Shown here: one piece after another, positions 53,250 to 64,000 of the stretch | How the letters are laid out: the number at the start of each line of letters is the position of its first letter | How positions within the stretch are numbered: the first letter of the stretch is position 1 | Assembly (NCBI GenBank): GCA_963707985.1 | Contig: CAVPRW010000046.1 | Location: 109,579 to 173,578, forward strand | DNA length: 64,000 nt | Reading direction: 5' to 3' | Source of the DNA: an uncultured Nitrospinota bacterium | Lineage (GTDB): Bacteria > Tectomicrobia > Entotheonellia > J063 > CAVPRW01 | Program-made: the position numbers and the translations under genes | The notes under the pieces: model-generated | Databases searched by the model: none | The model's input: only the letters and a program-made list of their open reading frames with translations | What the model was told of the DNA's origin: nothing

Positions 53250-53713
53250 AGAGCGACCACCATGACCCAGGCGTGAAACTTGGTACCTCGACGCCGAAAG
53301 CCGATCCGGCAGGAGATTATACCTGGGCCATGTTCCGACTGGCCGACAAGCTCAAACCTGGCAGCTTCGCGGTCCTCGATCAGAAGGCCCACCAAATTGT
53401 CGGCGGCACCCTCCCGAGTGCCGCTGAGGGTAGTCCGGACCCTACCATCGCGGCGCTGCGCGATGGGGTCGTAGACGTACATCTCGGGTACTGCACCAGC
53501 GCCCGACTGCGGATGAGTCAACTGCCCGAGCTCCAGTTGGTCGAAATCCCTGAGCCTTTACGCGTCGGGCCGGAGCATGGGCTCGCTCTGCTGAATGGGG
53601 CCCAAGCAGCGGCCACTGACCTGATGCTCTATATCCTGTCGATCGAGGGACAGACGACCCTCAAGCGATTTGGGTTCAATCCTGTAGGGCTGCCGACCCC
53701 CTCCGAACCATGA
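53250..53713 (+). pseudogene. C-terminal fragment of a ModA-like substrate-binding protein
   Basis: KLGTSTPKADPAGDYTW..GYCTS..ILSIEGQ.TL.RFGF; no signal peptide or N-half. Confidence 0.65.
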
Positions 53714-53944
53714 AACCTCCCGAGAACTGACCTCGCCAGGGTCGGTCACCGCACCTGCTGGGGCTGACCTGGGTGCAGAGCCCTCATCCCTCCTCAATCG
53801 CCCACATAGGGTTCATCCTTGCTGGCAGGCATCGGCTGAGCCTTGCATGCCGGAGAAGCTTGGTTGCCCTCAGGGCTTCTTTGTCTTGTTCACGTTTCCG
53901 CTCGCCATCGGACGGTTGGTTCCTGCGCCTGCCGAAATTTGTGA

Positions 53945-53960
53945 GTCAATTATAGTTGAC
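53945..53960. promoter_or_regulatory. Palindromic site GTCAATTATAGTTGAC overlapping TTGACA
   Basis: 14/16 palindromic; similar GTCAGTTATAATTGAT at 56921-56936. Confidence 0.5.
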
Positions 53961-54133
53961 ATTTATAAATAATATCGTACATCATAGTCTGTGAGAGGTC
54001 GCTCCGCATCCATATCCCACCGCTTCTCGGGCGTATGAGCCGTCGCCATCTCGGTTGTACGGCAGGCTGATGCGAAGCGGGGAAGCTAAGAGCTCGAATC
54101 GTCACATCCATATAGCTACGGGAGGTAATCCTC

Positions 54134-56599
54134 ATGGCTGTCGCACAAGTTGCGCAGGTTACGCCAGCGGTCGCTACGCCAGACACCACGACACAGGAAC
54201 AGGAATACACCGTGATCGGCACGCGGCCCATCCGCCCGGACGGCACGGACAAAGTCATCGGCCGTGCGCTCTACGGCATCGATACGCGGTTACCGCGGAT
54301 GCTGCATGCCAGGGTCCTGCGTAGCCCCCACGCTCACGCCCGCATCAAAGCCATCGACGCCAGCCGTGCGCTGGCGCTTCCGGGCGTGATGGCCGTGGTC
54401 ACCGCGGCTGAGCTCCCCCAGCCCTCGGGCAAAGTGGCTGACCTCGGAGAAGGCGCCATGATCAACCCGCGGTTTATGAGCAATAACATCCTGGCGAGCG
54501 ACAAGGTGTTATACAAGGGGCACGCGGTGGCGGCTGTGGCGGCGACCAGCCGGCATATCGCTGACGAGGCCGTGGCCCTCATCGAGGTAGAGTACGAGGT
54601 CTTGCCAGTAGTCCTCGATGGAAGAGAGGCCATGCAGCCCGATGCCCCTCTCCTGCACGAACGCCTCATGCTATTGGCGAACCCGCATATCCGGCCGGGT
54701 GGCTTGCGCGATGAAAACGACCCCGGTCAGGGGAGTAACCTGGCGAATCAATTCGTCTTCGAAGTCGGTGACGTGGCGCAGGGGTTTCGTGAGGCGGACG
54801 TCATCGTCGAGCGTGAGTACGGTACGGCAGCCGTGCATCAGGGGTATATCGAGCCTCACTGCGCCACGGCATTTTGGAATACCGATGGTCAGGTGACCAT
54901 CTGGAGTAGTAGCCAGGGGCATTTTGCGGTCCGTGACCAAACGGCGATGGTCCTGGGGATTCCCGTCTCCAAGGTCAAGGTAATCCCAATGGAGATCGGC
55001 GGTGGATTCGGCGGCAAGACGCTGATCTACCTGGAGCCGGTGGCGGCCCTCTTGTCCAAGAAAACCGGCCACCCCGTGAAGCTCATGATGGGTCGGGCGG
55101 AAGTCTTCGAGGGGACAGGGCCGACATCAGGGACCTACATGCGGGTCAAGATGGGCGCCACGAAGGACGGGCGCCTGACGGCCGCTGAAGCCTACTTGGT
55201 CTACGAAGCCGGCGCCTTTCCGGGGTCGCCGGTGAATGCCGGCTGCCAGTGTATTTTCTCGCCGTATGACGTGCCCAATGCGCGTGTCGAAGGCTACGAC
55301 GTCGTCGTCAACAAACCGAAATCCGCGGCCTATCGCGCGCCTGGCGCACCCGCCGCGGCCTTTGCCGCGGAGACGGTGGCCGATGAACTGTGCGAACAGC
55401 TCGGGATGGATCCCATCGAGTTTCGCCTCCTGAACGGCTCTCACGAGGGCACGCGGCAGATCTCCGGGCCGAGGTTTCCCCGCATTGGCTATCTCGACAT
55501 GCTCCAGATCGCCAAAGCGCACCCCCACTACACGGCACCATTGGAGGGACCATACCGGGGTCGTGGCGTGGCCGGTGGTTATTGGCACAACAGCACGGGT
55601 CCCGCCTGTGCGATCATCAGCGTCAACGCCGACGGCACCGTGAATCTGGTGGAGGGGTCGATGGACATCGGTGGCGGCCGAGCCGCAGCGGCGATGCATG
55701 TCGCTGAAGTGTTGGGGATCACCTACGACGCCGTGCGTCCGTCCGTCGGCGATACGGAGTCGATCGGCTTTACGTCAACGACGGGGGGGAGCAGCGCCAC
55801 CTTCAAAACGGGGTGGGCCTGCTATCAGGCAGCACACGACGTCAAGGGACAGATGATCGAGCGAGCCGCCAAACTCTGGGAGGTTACGCCCGACGACGTC
55901 GAGTATACCAAGGGTAGCCTCGTCGATCGCCGTAATCCCGAACGGCGCCTGACGTTCAAAGAGTTGGCGCGGCGGTTGAACGCGACAGGCGGCCCCATTA
56001 TCGGCCGGGCCAATTTGGCTCCCCGCGGCGTTGGTCCCGGCTTTGGCTTCCATATCGTCGACGTCGAGGTCGATCCGGAGACCGGCAAGACCCAGATCTT
56101 GCGCTATACCGCCCTGCAGGACGTCGGCAAGGCCATCCATCCCAGTTATGCGGAAGGGCAAATCCAGGGGGGAGCGGTCCAGGGGATCGGTTGGGCGTTG
56201 AACGAGGAATACCTGTTCAATGCCAAGGGCGCCATGCTGAACGCCAGCTTCCTGGACTATCGCATGCCCACGAGCCTAGACCTACCGATGATCGAAACGG
56301 TGCTGGTCGAAGTGGCCAATCCAGGACATCCCTTTGGCCTACGCGGCGTCGGCGAAGTGCCCATCGTACCGCCGATGGCGGCGATTGCCAACGCCATTTA
56401 TCGCGCCACCGGCGTGCGCCTGCGGCAACTACCGATGAGCCCCAGCAAAGTGCTGGAGGCCCTGTGGGCGAAGCAGAACAATGGCCATGAGGTTAATGGC
56501 CTTCAGACTAACGGTTATCCGACTAATGGCTATCAGAGCAATGGTCACCCGTGGCCTGACGGTTCTCCCCATAATGGGGTACATGCTGAGCACACGTGA
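54134..56599 (+). CDS. Xanthine dehydrogenase family molybdopterin-binding (large) subunit
   Basis: LRSPHAHARI, IGGGFGGK, AYRAPG, QIQGGAVQGIG, RGVGE. Confidence 0.92.
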   Translation: MAVAQVAQVTPAVATPDTTTQEQEYTVIGTRPIRPDGTDKVIGRALYGIDTRLPRMLHARVLRSPHAHARIKAIDASRALALPGVMAVVTAAELPQPSGKVADLGEGAMINPRFMSNNILASDKVLYKGHAVAAVAATSRHIADEAVALIEVEYEVLPVVLDGREAMQPDAPLLHERLMLLANPHIRPGGLRDENDPGQGSNLANQFVFEVGDVAQGFREADVIVEREYGTAAVHQGYIEPHCATAFWNTDGQVTIWSSSQGHFAVRDQTAMVLGIPVSKVKVIPMEIGGGFGGKTLIYLEPVAALLSKKTGHPVKLMMGRAEVFEGTGPTSGTYMRVKMGATKDGRLTAAEAYLVYEAGAFPGSPVNAGCQCIFSPYDVPNARVEGYDVVVNKPKSAAYRAPGAPAAAFAAETVADELCEQLGMDPIEFRLLNGSHEGTRQISGPRFPRIGYLDMLQIAKAHPHYTAPLEGPYRGRGVAGGYWHNSTGPACAIISVNADGTVNLVEGSMDIGGGRAAAAMHVAEVLGITYDAVRPSVGDTESIGFTSTTGGSSATFKTGWACYQAAHDVKGQMIERAAKLWEVTPDDVEYTKGSLVDRRNPERRLTFKELARRLNATGGPIIGRANLAPRGVGPGFGFHIVDVEVDPETGKTQILRYTALQDVGKAIHPSYAEGQIQGGAVQGIGWALNEEYLFNAKGAMLNASFLDYRMPTSLDLPMIETVLVEVANPGHPFGLRGVGEVPIVPPMAAIANAIYRATGVRLRQLPMSPSKVLEALWAKQNNGHEVNGLQTNGYPTNGYQSNGHPWPDGSPHNGVHAEHT

Positions 56600-57117
56600 A
56601 AAGCCGCACCATCGCAACAACCACCTGCCGGCAGGGTATCGACCGGTAGGTTAGCCTCGCGGCCATCATGGGGCCGCGAGGCCTACGTCCAAACTGGCCG
56701 ATTACAACGACCGTTATGGACGTTGATAGTTGGCGAGATACGACGGGAGTTGGATACCGGGGAGGAGTCGTGGGTCGGGGACTGGTACTTGCGGCACCAA
56801 GGCAAATGGGAGTTCACCTGCCCAGCAGGCATCCTGGTAGTAGGCAGGGGCCAATCAGCCTGGAGTCTGTTGCCACCGACATCAGAATGTGAACATTATT
56901 CCAGCCTTTACGAAAAGTATGTCAGTTATAATTGATACTAAGTCAGTTATAAATTACTATCGCTTCCAAAGTCCAGGTTCGATCCGTGACGTGCTCGCGA
57001 CAAAAACCCAACCCAAGCTTAGGCTGACATCAGAGGTCTAGCCGACTCTGTGCGGTGGGAGACCACTGGTCAGCGATGTTGCATGCCTGGACATCGGTTA
57101 CACACGATGAGGAGGTG

Positions 57118-58331
57118 ATGATGGCCAAGATTCTGTGTGTGCTGTACGACGACCCAATTGACGGTTACCCGCCCTCCTATGCCCGTGAGGGGCTGCCCCA
57201 GCTCGAACACTATCCTGACGGCCAGACGCTGCCGAGCCCGAAACAGATCGACTTCACACCCGGGACGCTCTTGGGCTGTGTCTCCGGAGAGCTCGGACTG
57301 CGGAAATTTCTGGAGGAGAAGGGCCACATTCTGATCGTCACCGCCGACAAGGACGGCCCCAACTTCGTGTTCGAGCGGGAGTTGTCGGACACGGATATCG
57401 TCATCTCACAGCCGTTCTGGCCGGCGTACCTGACCGCGGAACGAATGGCCAGAGCCCCTAAGTTGAAGCTCGCGATCACAGCAGTCATTGGCTCCGACCA
57501 TGTCGATTTGCAGACGGCGATGGACCGGGGCCTGACAGTGGCCGAAGTCACCTACTGCAATAGCATCAGCGTCGCCGAGCACGCCGTCATGCTCATTCTC
57601 TCGCTGGTGCGCAATTACCTGCCCTCGTACCAGTGGGTGGTCAATCACGGCTGGAATATCGCCGACTGTGTCTCTCGCGCCTACGATCTGGAGGGAATGG
57701 TCGTCGGAACGGTGGCTGCTGGGCGCATCGGTCTCCGCGGTGCTCCGGCGGTTGCAGCCGTTTGAGGTCCAGTTGCATTACACAGATCGACACCGGCTGC
57801 CAGAGCGTATGGAGCGCGACCTCCACTTGACCTATCATCCCGATGTGGCGTCCATGGTTCGTGTCTGCGATGTGGTCAGTATCCACTGCCCATTGCACCC
57901 CGAGACCGAGCACCTGTTCAACGACACCCTCATCAACCAGATGAAACGAGGGGCGTACCTCATCAACACGGCGCGCGGCAAGATTCTGCGACCGCGATGC
58001 CGTGGTCCGGGCACTGGAGAGTGGCCAGCTGGCAGGGTATGCGGGTGATGTGTGGTTTCCGCAGCCTCCCTCGAAGGATCATCCCTGGCGGACGATGCCG
58101 CACCACGGCATGACGCCGCACACGTCGGGGACGAGCCTGTCCGCGCAGGCGCGCTATGCGGCGGGGGTGCGCGAAATCCTGGAGTGCTGGTTCGAGGGGC
58201 GTCCGATCCGGGAGGAATACCTGATTGTGGAGGGGGGCCAGCTAGCGGGGTCCGGTGCACATGCCTATAGCGCCGGCAATGCCACCCGTGGCGCGGATGA
58301 AGCGCGACGATTTCAGCAGCAATCGCGATGA
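57118..58331 (+). pseudogene. fdh: NAD-dependent formate dehydrogenase, two +1 frameshifts (about 57737 and 57986)
   Basis: [56 protein letters not shown]. Confidence 0.9.
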
Positions 58332-58404
58332 TGGTGGGGTGAAGTCACCTGGCTGATAGTATCCTTGATGAAGCATCGTTCAATGAGCCCGGAGGATTCG
58401 CACC

Positions 58405-59376
58405 ATGGCAACGAGCACCATACAATCACCGACAATCGCTCCAACATATCCAGCCTACCTCGATGGCAAGGCGAAACGCCTGTTGATCAATGGCCAGTGG
58501 GTCGAAGCCGCCTCAGGCAAGACCTTTGAGAGCATTAATCCGGCCACCGGCGAGAGCCTCGCCACCGTCGCCGAGGGCGATGTCGAGGACATCAACCGCG
58601 CTGTCGCAGCGGCCCGTCGCGCCTTCGAGGGCACCTGGAGCAAGTGCAAGCCGTACGAACGCCAGCAGTACATTCTCAAGCACGCCGACCTTCTCGACCA
58701 GCATTTTCAGGAGTTCAGTCTACGAATCGGCCATTCCGGGAGCTGCGTTAGCGGTCTTTAATAACTCTGGGCAAATCTGTAGTGCCGGTACACGCCTCTT
58801 CGTCGAGCACCAGATTTATGATGAGTTCGTCGGACGCGTCGCAGAGTTCGGCAACCAACTCAAGGTCGGAAATGGCATCGATCCCCAGACGGAAATTGGG
58901 CCATTGGTCTCGGCCCAGCAATTAGAACGGGTCACCGGATACTTGACACAGGGGAAGGCAGAAGGGGCACGGCCGGTAGTCGGAGGCGCACGCCTCACCG
59001 AGGGTGAGCTGGGAAGGCTATTTCGTCCCACCGACCGTCTTCGCTGACGTGAAAGACGACATGCGCATCGCCCAGGAGGAAATTTTCGGGCCGGTCATTT
59101 CTGCGCTCCCGTTCACCGATCTTGACGAAATCGCCAGGCGCGCCAACGCCACCAATTTCGGTCTGGGGCAGCGGCGTGTGGACGCGTGATGTCAGCAAGG
59201 CACATCGCCTGGCGAAAGCCATTCGCGCCGGGTCGGTGTGGATCAACTGCTACCAGGCCATGGACCCAGCGGTCCCCTTCGGGGGCTACAAGATGAGCGG
59301 CTATGGTCGCGAGTCAGGCATCCAGCAGTTCGAAGAATACCTGAACGTGAAGGCGGTATGGATCAAGACCGCCTGA
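58405..59376 (+). pseudogene. Aldehyde dehydrogenase with internal deletion and frameshifts
   Basis: LLINGQWV..NPATGE; FNNSGQICSAG; EEIFGPV; PFGGYKMSGYGRE; cofactor-binding middle missing. Confidence 0.85.
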
Positions 59377-59601
59377 GCCCATAGCGTCGCAGCGCGAGAG
59401 GCGTCTATCGATGGCTTTCTGCTGTTGATCACGCTCTTGGAGAAGACCTGTCGTTGGCCTGGGGGAGAGCGGTGTGGCTGTCCCCCAGGCCACTCCAATG
59501 CCTTATACAGGAGTATCCTGGATATCTGCAGAAGATGCCTCCAGAAAGGTCTGGTGTGATGATGATGCTTTGCTGCCATTATTTGTTGAAGGAGGACACC
59601 C

Positions 59602-60540
59602 ATGCCAATCGTTGATCTTCCCAAGCGAGACCTTGGACGGACCGGGTTGCACGTCACCATGTTGGGCTATGGGGCCATGGAACTGCGTGGTCCCCCACGT
59701 GGACGCGACGTGACAGAGGCGCAGGCCGAAACCATCCTCAACGCCGCGCTCGATGCCGGCATCAATTATCTCGACACCTCCATTGACTATGGCTTAAGTG
59801 AGGAGCGCATCGGCCGCTATGTTGCGCACCGACGGTCTGAGTACTATCTGGCCAGCAAATGTGGCTGTGTGGTCGGCGCTGACCCTTCCCCACGCGGCCA
59901 ACGCAACCGCCACGTGTATACCCGTGAGAATATCACCGCCGGTATCGAGCAGAGCCTTCGACGGATGCATACCGAGTATCTCGACGTGGTGCAATTCCAT
60001 GGTTCACCGTCCAGCACAGCCCTGGAGGAGCACGGGGCTCTGGAGACTGTGCTGGAATTACAGCAGGCGGGTAAGCTACGATTCATTGGCATATCTTCCA
60101 ATCTTCCACACCTCAAGGACCATATCGCCATGGGTGTGTTTGATGTGTTTCAGATCCCCTACTCCGCGCTGGAGCGCGAGCATGAGGCGGTGATCAGCGC
60201 GGCTGCTGACGGGGGAGCCGGCATCGTCATCCGCGGCGGCGCGGCCAAGGGAGCCCCTTCGGAGGGGAAGCAGGCAGGGAGTCAATGGACGCGATGGCAG
60301 CAGGCCCACCTGGTCGATCTGCTGGAGGACATGTCGCCCATGGAGTTCATCCTACGCTTTACGTTCAGCCATCCGGCGATGGATACGAACATCGTCGGCA
60401 CCATCAACCCGGCACACTTGCAGGACAACATCCGCGCCTTGCTCCAAGGTCCGTTGCCGCAGACGCTCTATGTCGAGGCCAAGCGGCGCCTGGAGGCCGT
60501 TGGACCGGCCGCCAGCGGCACCGGGGCGCGGCGGGGTTGA
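59602..60540 (+). CDS. Aldo/keto reductase
   Basis: LGRTG..LGYG, GINYLDTSIDYG.SEE, ASKCG, SLRRMHTEYLDVVQFH. Confidence 0.9.
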   Translation: MPIVDLPKRDLGRTGLHVTMLGYGAMELRGPPRGRDVTEAQAETILNAALDAGINYLDTSIDYGLSEERIGRYVAHRRSEYYLASKCGCVVGADPSPRGQRNRHVYTRENITAGIEQSLRRMHTEYLDVVQFHGSPSSTALEEHGALETVLELQQAGKLRFIGISSNLPHLKDHIAMGVFDVFQIPYSALEREHEAVISAAADGGAGIVIRGGAAKGAPSEGKQAGSQWTRWQQAHLVDLLEDMSPMEFILRFTFSHPAMDTNIVGTINPAHLQDNIRALLQGPLPQTLYVEAKRRLEAVGPAASGTGARRG

Positions 60541-60548
60541 CCGAAAGG

Positions 60549-60582
60549 ACGCCTGAACCTTAGAGGTGACGGGTTCAGGCGT
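60549..60582 (+). terminator. Hairpin after AKR (possible terminator)
   Basis: ACGCCTGAACC...GGTTCAGGCGT 11-bp stem; weak U-tract. Confidence 0.45.
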
Positions 60583-60724
60583 TCACTGCTCCGCGCCCAC
60601 CTGATGGCCGACACACAATGCCTCAACGAGGAGTGTCACCACAGCACATGAGATGCTTCGATCACGTGGCAAATAAACCGTTCATATTCGTGGAGGTAAT
60701 TGACGGACCGCATAGGTGAACGCA

Positions 60725-61487
60725 GGCCTGGTCAACTTAGCTTGCCCCCTTTCCAGCTGTTGCCTCCTATGGCATACTCGCCCCATGTAATACATCACCT
60801 GCAACCAACCGGCATAAGCGCCATCGGTTCCCGGTGGAGATCATCAGCCATTGCGTGTGGCTCTACTTTCGCTTCCGCCTCAGCTACCGCCACGTTGAAG
60901 AGTTGATGGCCGAACGCAGCATCATCCTGACCTATGAAGCAGTGCGGTATTGGTGCCGGAAATTCGGGCAGGTCTATGCCGAATCAGCTCCGCCGCCGGC
61001 GTCCCAGGCCATGGGAGACGTGGCACCTGGATGAAAGTCTTTTCTCACCATTAACGGGCAATGGTCCTACCTCTGGCGTGCCGTTGACCAGGACGTCCAC
61101 ATCCTTGATACCTGGTACAAGATCGATGGGATAAGAAGGCAGCGAAGCGATTTTTCCGCAAACTCCTCAAGGGCTTGACGTATGTGCCGCGGGTGATCAT
61201 CACGGATCAATTCAAGAGCTATAGGGCGGCTCTGCGTGAGATCCTGCCCAGTGTCGAACAGCGGCAGCACCGCTCCTTCAATAATCGAGCAGAAAACTCC
61301 CACCAGCCGACCCGCCAACGGGAACGGCTCATGCACCAGTTCAAATCCCCAGGTCAGGCCCAGCGCTTTCTCGCCGCCTATGGTCCCATCGCGTCCCACT
61401 TCCGACTGCGGCGCCACCGGCTCTCGGCCCCAGCGTATCGCCAGGAGATGGGTCAACGATTCCAGGTCTAGTGGGAAGTCACTAGAT
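60725..61487 (+). mobile_element. IS6-family element, frameshifted transposase
   Basis: IISHCVWLYFRF.LSYR.VEE, WHLDE, YLWRAVDQ, ITDQ..SY, NNRAENSHQ; left end GGCCTGGTCAACTT. Confidence 0.82.
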
Positions 61488-63177
61488 TAGTGACCACTGA
61501 TTTATTCCCTGCAAGAGGGGATTGTCCGGTGGAGTGGATCGTCGTCTGCTGAGGCTCTCTTCCTCCCCGATTAGGAGAGCCCGACCATGCAGCTCTTACG
61601 ATATCTCCAGCATTGGCTGACGGGCCGAGGCCAGCGCCTGCAGGTCGCAGACTTCGTCCCCGAAACGCATCCCATTCGCCAATGGGCCGATACCTTTCCG
61701 TGGGCGGCCCTGGTCGCAGCCTTGGACCGCTCGTTCGCCCAGCGTTTTCCTAAACCCACCACACGGGGACGTCCGCCCGTCTCGACACGGGTGTTATTGG
61801 CGTTGGAGCTCCTGAAACATGAGTTGGCCTGCTCAGATGAACGGATCTGTAGCCGACTGCGGACCGACCTCGCCGTGATGGACTGCCTGTGGGATCACGG
61901 CGGTCCAAGTGGATCGAACCCAGGACCATGTTGTGCTCCCGGAAGTGCTCGCCCAGTTTCGCCGTCGCCTCGATGAACCGTTGATGGCGGAACTGCTGGC
62001 GGTCCAGGCGGCGACCGCGATGGAGGACGGCTTGGTCAGTCCTGCCCACTTGGTGGTCGATACCTTTCCTAGTGAGCAGGGCAGCCAGCGTGTCAATGAT
62101 GCGGCGACGCTGTATAAGGCCCCAAAAAAGTCCTCCAAGGGGCTCACGTCCATAACCGCGCCGTGCGCCACCCAGGCACGGCGTTGCAGGCGCACGCGCA
62201 GCAACTGCAGCACGACCTTCAACAGATTATGCGCCGCTTCGGCCGTCAGTGCCGGGGGATGGGGAAAGTGTTTGTGACGCTGGTACGCCAAACCGAGACG
62301 CAACTGTTGGAGCGGTGGACGCCAGGTCCTGCCCCTGGCTCGGGCCGTGCAGCAGCGCTTGCACAGTATGCCGCAGCTGTCGGAAGACCAGCGGGCGCGC
62401 CTGGGTATCCAGCTTACCGCCGCGCTCGCGGCCCATCAGCGGATCGAACGCCACGCGGCTGACGCAGGGCAAGGTGTTGCCCCACTGCAAAATTGTCAAC
62501 GCGTACGATCCCACGATTGCGCTGATTGGCAAGGGCAAAAGCCATTGCCCCGCGCAGTTCGGCCGCAAGCCTGGCATTATTGCCGAGCCGGCGGCTGGCT
62601 TCATCTTTGCCCTGCATCTGCCCGTGGGCAATCCGAGTGATGCCAGCTACGTGGAGCCCTTGGTCGACAATGTAGCGCGGGCGATCGCCCGGGTCAGGAC
62701 GCGCCCCAGCCCGGCCATCCACTCGCTGGCTGGCGATATGGCACTGAATAACGTGTCCTTGCGGGAGGCATTGCATACACGGGGGATTCTCACCGTGGGG
62801 ATCCCAAAAACTATCGATCCCCTTCCCTCGTCGCCGACACCTGAGGACGTGCTCCAGATCCTGGACGAGGCGGACTTGCACCACATACGAACCCCCTCCC
62901 AGGTGCACCTGGCGTGTGCCTGTGGGTACAGCCGACCGGTAGTCGAAAGGATCATTGCCAGTCTGCTGCATCGTGGAGCAGCGCGCCTCACGTACAAAGG
63001 CCATCGTGGCGCCATCGTGCAAACAGGCATGGCCGTCATGGCGCACAATGCGGCCACCTTGGTCCGCATCCACGAGTATCGTCTCTCGAAGCGGGCACCT
63101 GTACGTTCCGCCGACGGCTGCGGTTGAGGTGCCGTAAAGTCAATCAACTCAATGCCTCAATAAATTAGTGGTCACTA
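61488..63177 (+). mobile_element. IS5/IS1182-like element with frameshifted transposase and 19-bp terminal IRs
   Basis: TAGTGACCACTGATTTATT / AATAAATTAGTGGTCACTA (1 mismatch); RGRPP..LL..LK..SDE motif; VVDT; KGK..QFGRK. Confidence 0.8.
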
Positions 63178-63422
63178 CCTAGACAGAGTCAACTGTCCCT
63201 TCCAAATTATGGGGGCATCGTGGTCGGAGTGTAGTGCGTATGAACGCGCTCTAGTCGATCGTCGCCCAGTGGCGCACTTGCTGTGTGCTTCGTCCGATCA
63301 TGACTCGACGTTCCACCAGCGCATGCGTCACGTGAGGAACCCGCGGCTCCTGGGCTAGGAGGACCACGCGTGCGAATGGGACAGCCTCCCTGGCTGACAC
63401 CTCCCCTGTCGTCCTCCAGGGC

Positions 63423-63973
63423 TTACCACCAATACTCCCGATACCGACGGTGCCCCGCGAGGTTATTCACGACGAGGGCGACCAACAGCAGGAGGCACGC
63501 CCCGGCGCCGGCCGGGACGACGACGTAGCCGTAGCCTAGGGCGTGAATCTTTGGCCCTCCGATCACGGCCAGCAGCGCCGTGGCCCCGCCGGGTGGGTGC
63601 AGGGTCTTAGTCAACAACATGGCGACGATGGCCCCGGAGACCCCAAGCCCCGCGGCCAGCCACGAGGTATCACCCCACAACTGGTAGCTCGTGACCCCCA
63701 TAAACCCAGAGATGACGTGGCCGCCGACGAGATTGCGCGGCTGCGCCAGGGGGCTGCGGATGGCGCCGTATACGAGCACTGCCGAGGCCCCGAACGAGCC
63801 GAGGAGCAAGGTCACGGTAGGCGTTGGGCTCGAAATAGTGGGACGAGAGAATAAGGCACAGAGGCTGATCCCGATCATCGAGCCGACCCACGACCAACCG
63901 ATCTCGGCTAGCCCAACCCCGGGACGTCTCTCCCACCCCCGCGCATCTTGGCGACAAAATCTTTAAACGTCAT
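63423..63973 (-). pseudogene. HPP family membrane protein (frameshift in G-run near 63920)
   Basis: GSFGASAVLVYG..SPLAQPRNLVGGH, LHPPGGATAL. Confidence 0.85.
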
Positions 63974-64000
63974 CGAGTGCTCATCACTTTCACGAGATCT

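Noticed and set aside
53995..54090. Hairpin-rich leader of the Xdh gene as a third Moco RNA
   Set aside because: It has a long stem (GCTCCGCATC...GATGCGAAGC) but lacks the ordered elements of the other two leaders.
54134..56599. Aerobic CO dehydrogenase CoxL
   Set aside because: The active-site loop is AYRAPG, not AYRCSFR or AYRGAGR, and no coxMS genes are adjacent.

Overview
GC-rich bacterial accessory region, heavily decayed and full of IS debris. The gene content (guanylate/adenylate cyclase-AAA-TPR protein, DUF29 array, IS66/ISKra4/ISL3 types) resembles Tectomicrobia/Entotheonella- or Binatia-like genomes, but that is an impression, not a result. Contents in order: (1) a chromate-resistance cluster (chrB, ChrB-C-only gene, DUF1259, DUF1080-like, chrA, plus remnants) divergent from a BlaI/CopY regulator; (2) a DUF4331-TPR-Ni/Co transporter operon flanked by two paralogous ECF sigma/anti-sigma pairs; (3) a NitT/TauT ABC transporter, an interrupted cyclase-AAA-TPR gene, IS66, and SDR/VOC/FAH/OsmC/thioredoxin-DsbB/CMD genes; (4) two tandem modules, each a protease followed by a stand-alone copy of its own N-terminal domain; (5) a Zn-ribbon + DUF29 x3 operon with a twin operator; (6) long TGT...ACA inverted ends around an epoxide hydrolase and an internally deleted group II intron; (7) a molybdenum cluster (modA, modB remnant, xdhC, molbindin, Xdh-family large subunit) with two candidate Moco-riboswitch-like leaders; (8) fdh, ALDH remnant, AKR, IS6/IS5 remnants and an HPP gene. 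Many single-base frameshifts could be long-read errors rather than true pseudogenes. No rRNA, tRNA or CRISPR array was recognised. All family calls come from motif recognition by eye; no searches were run.
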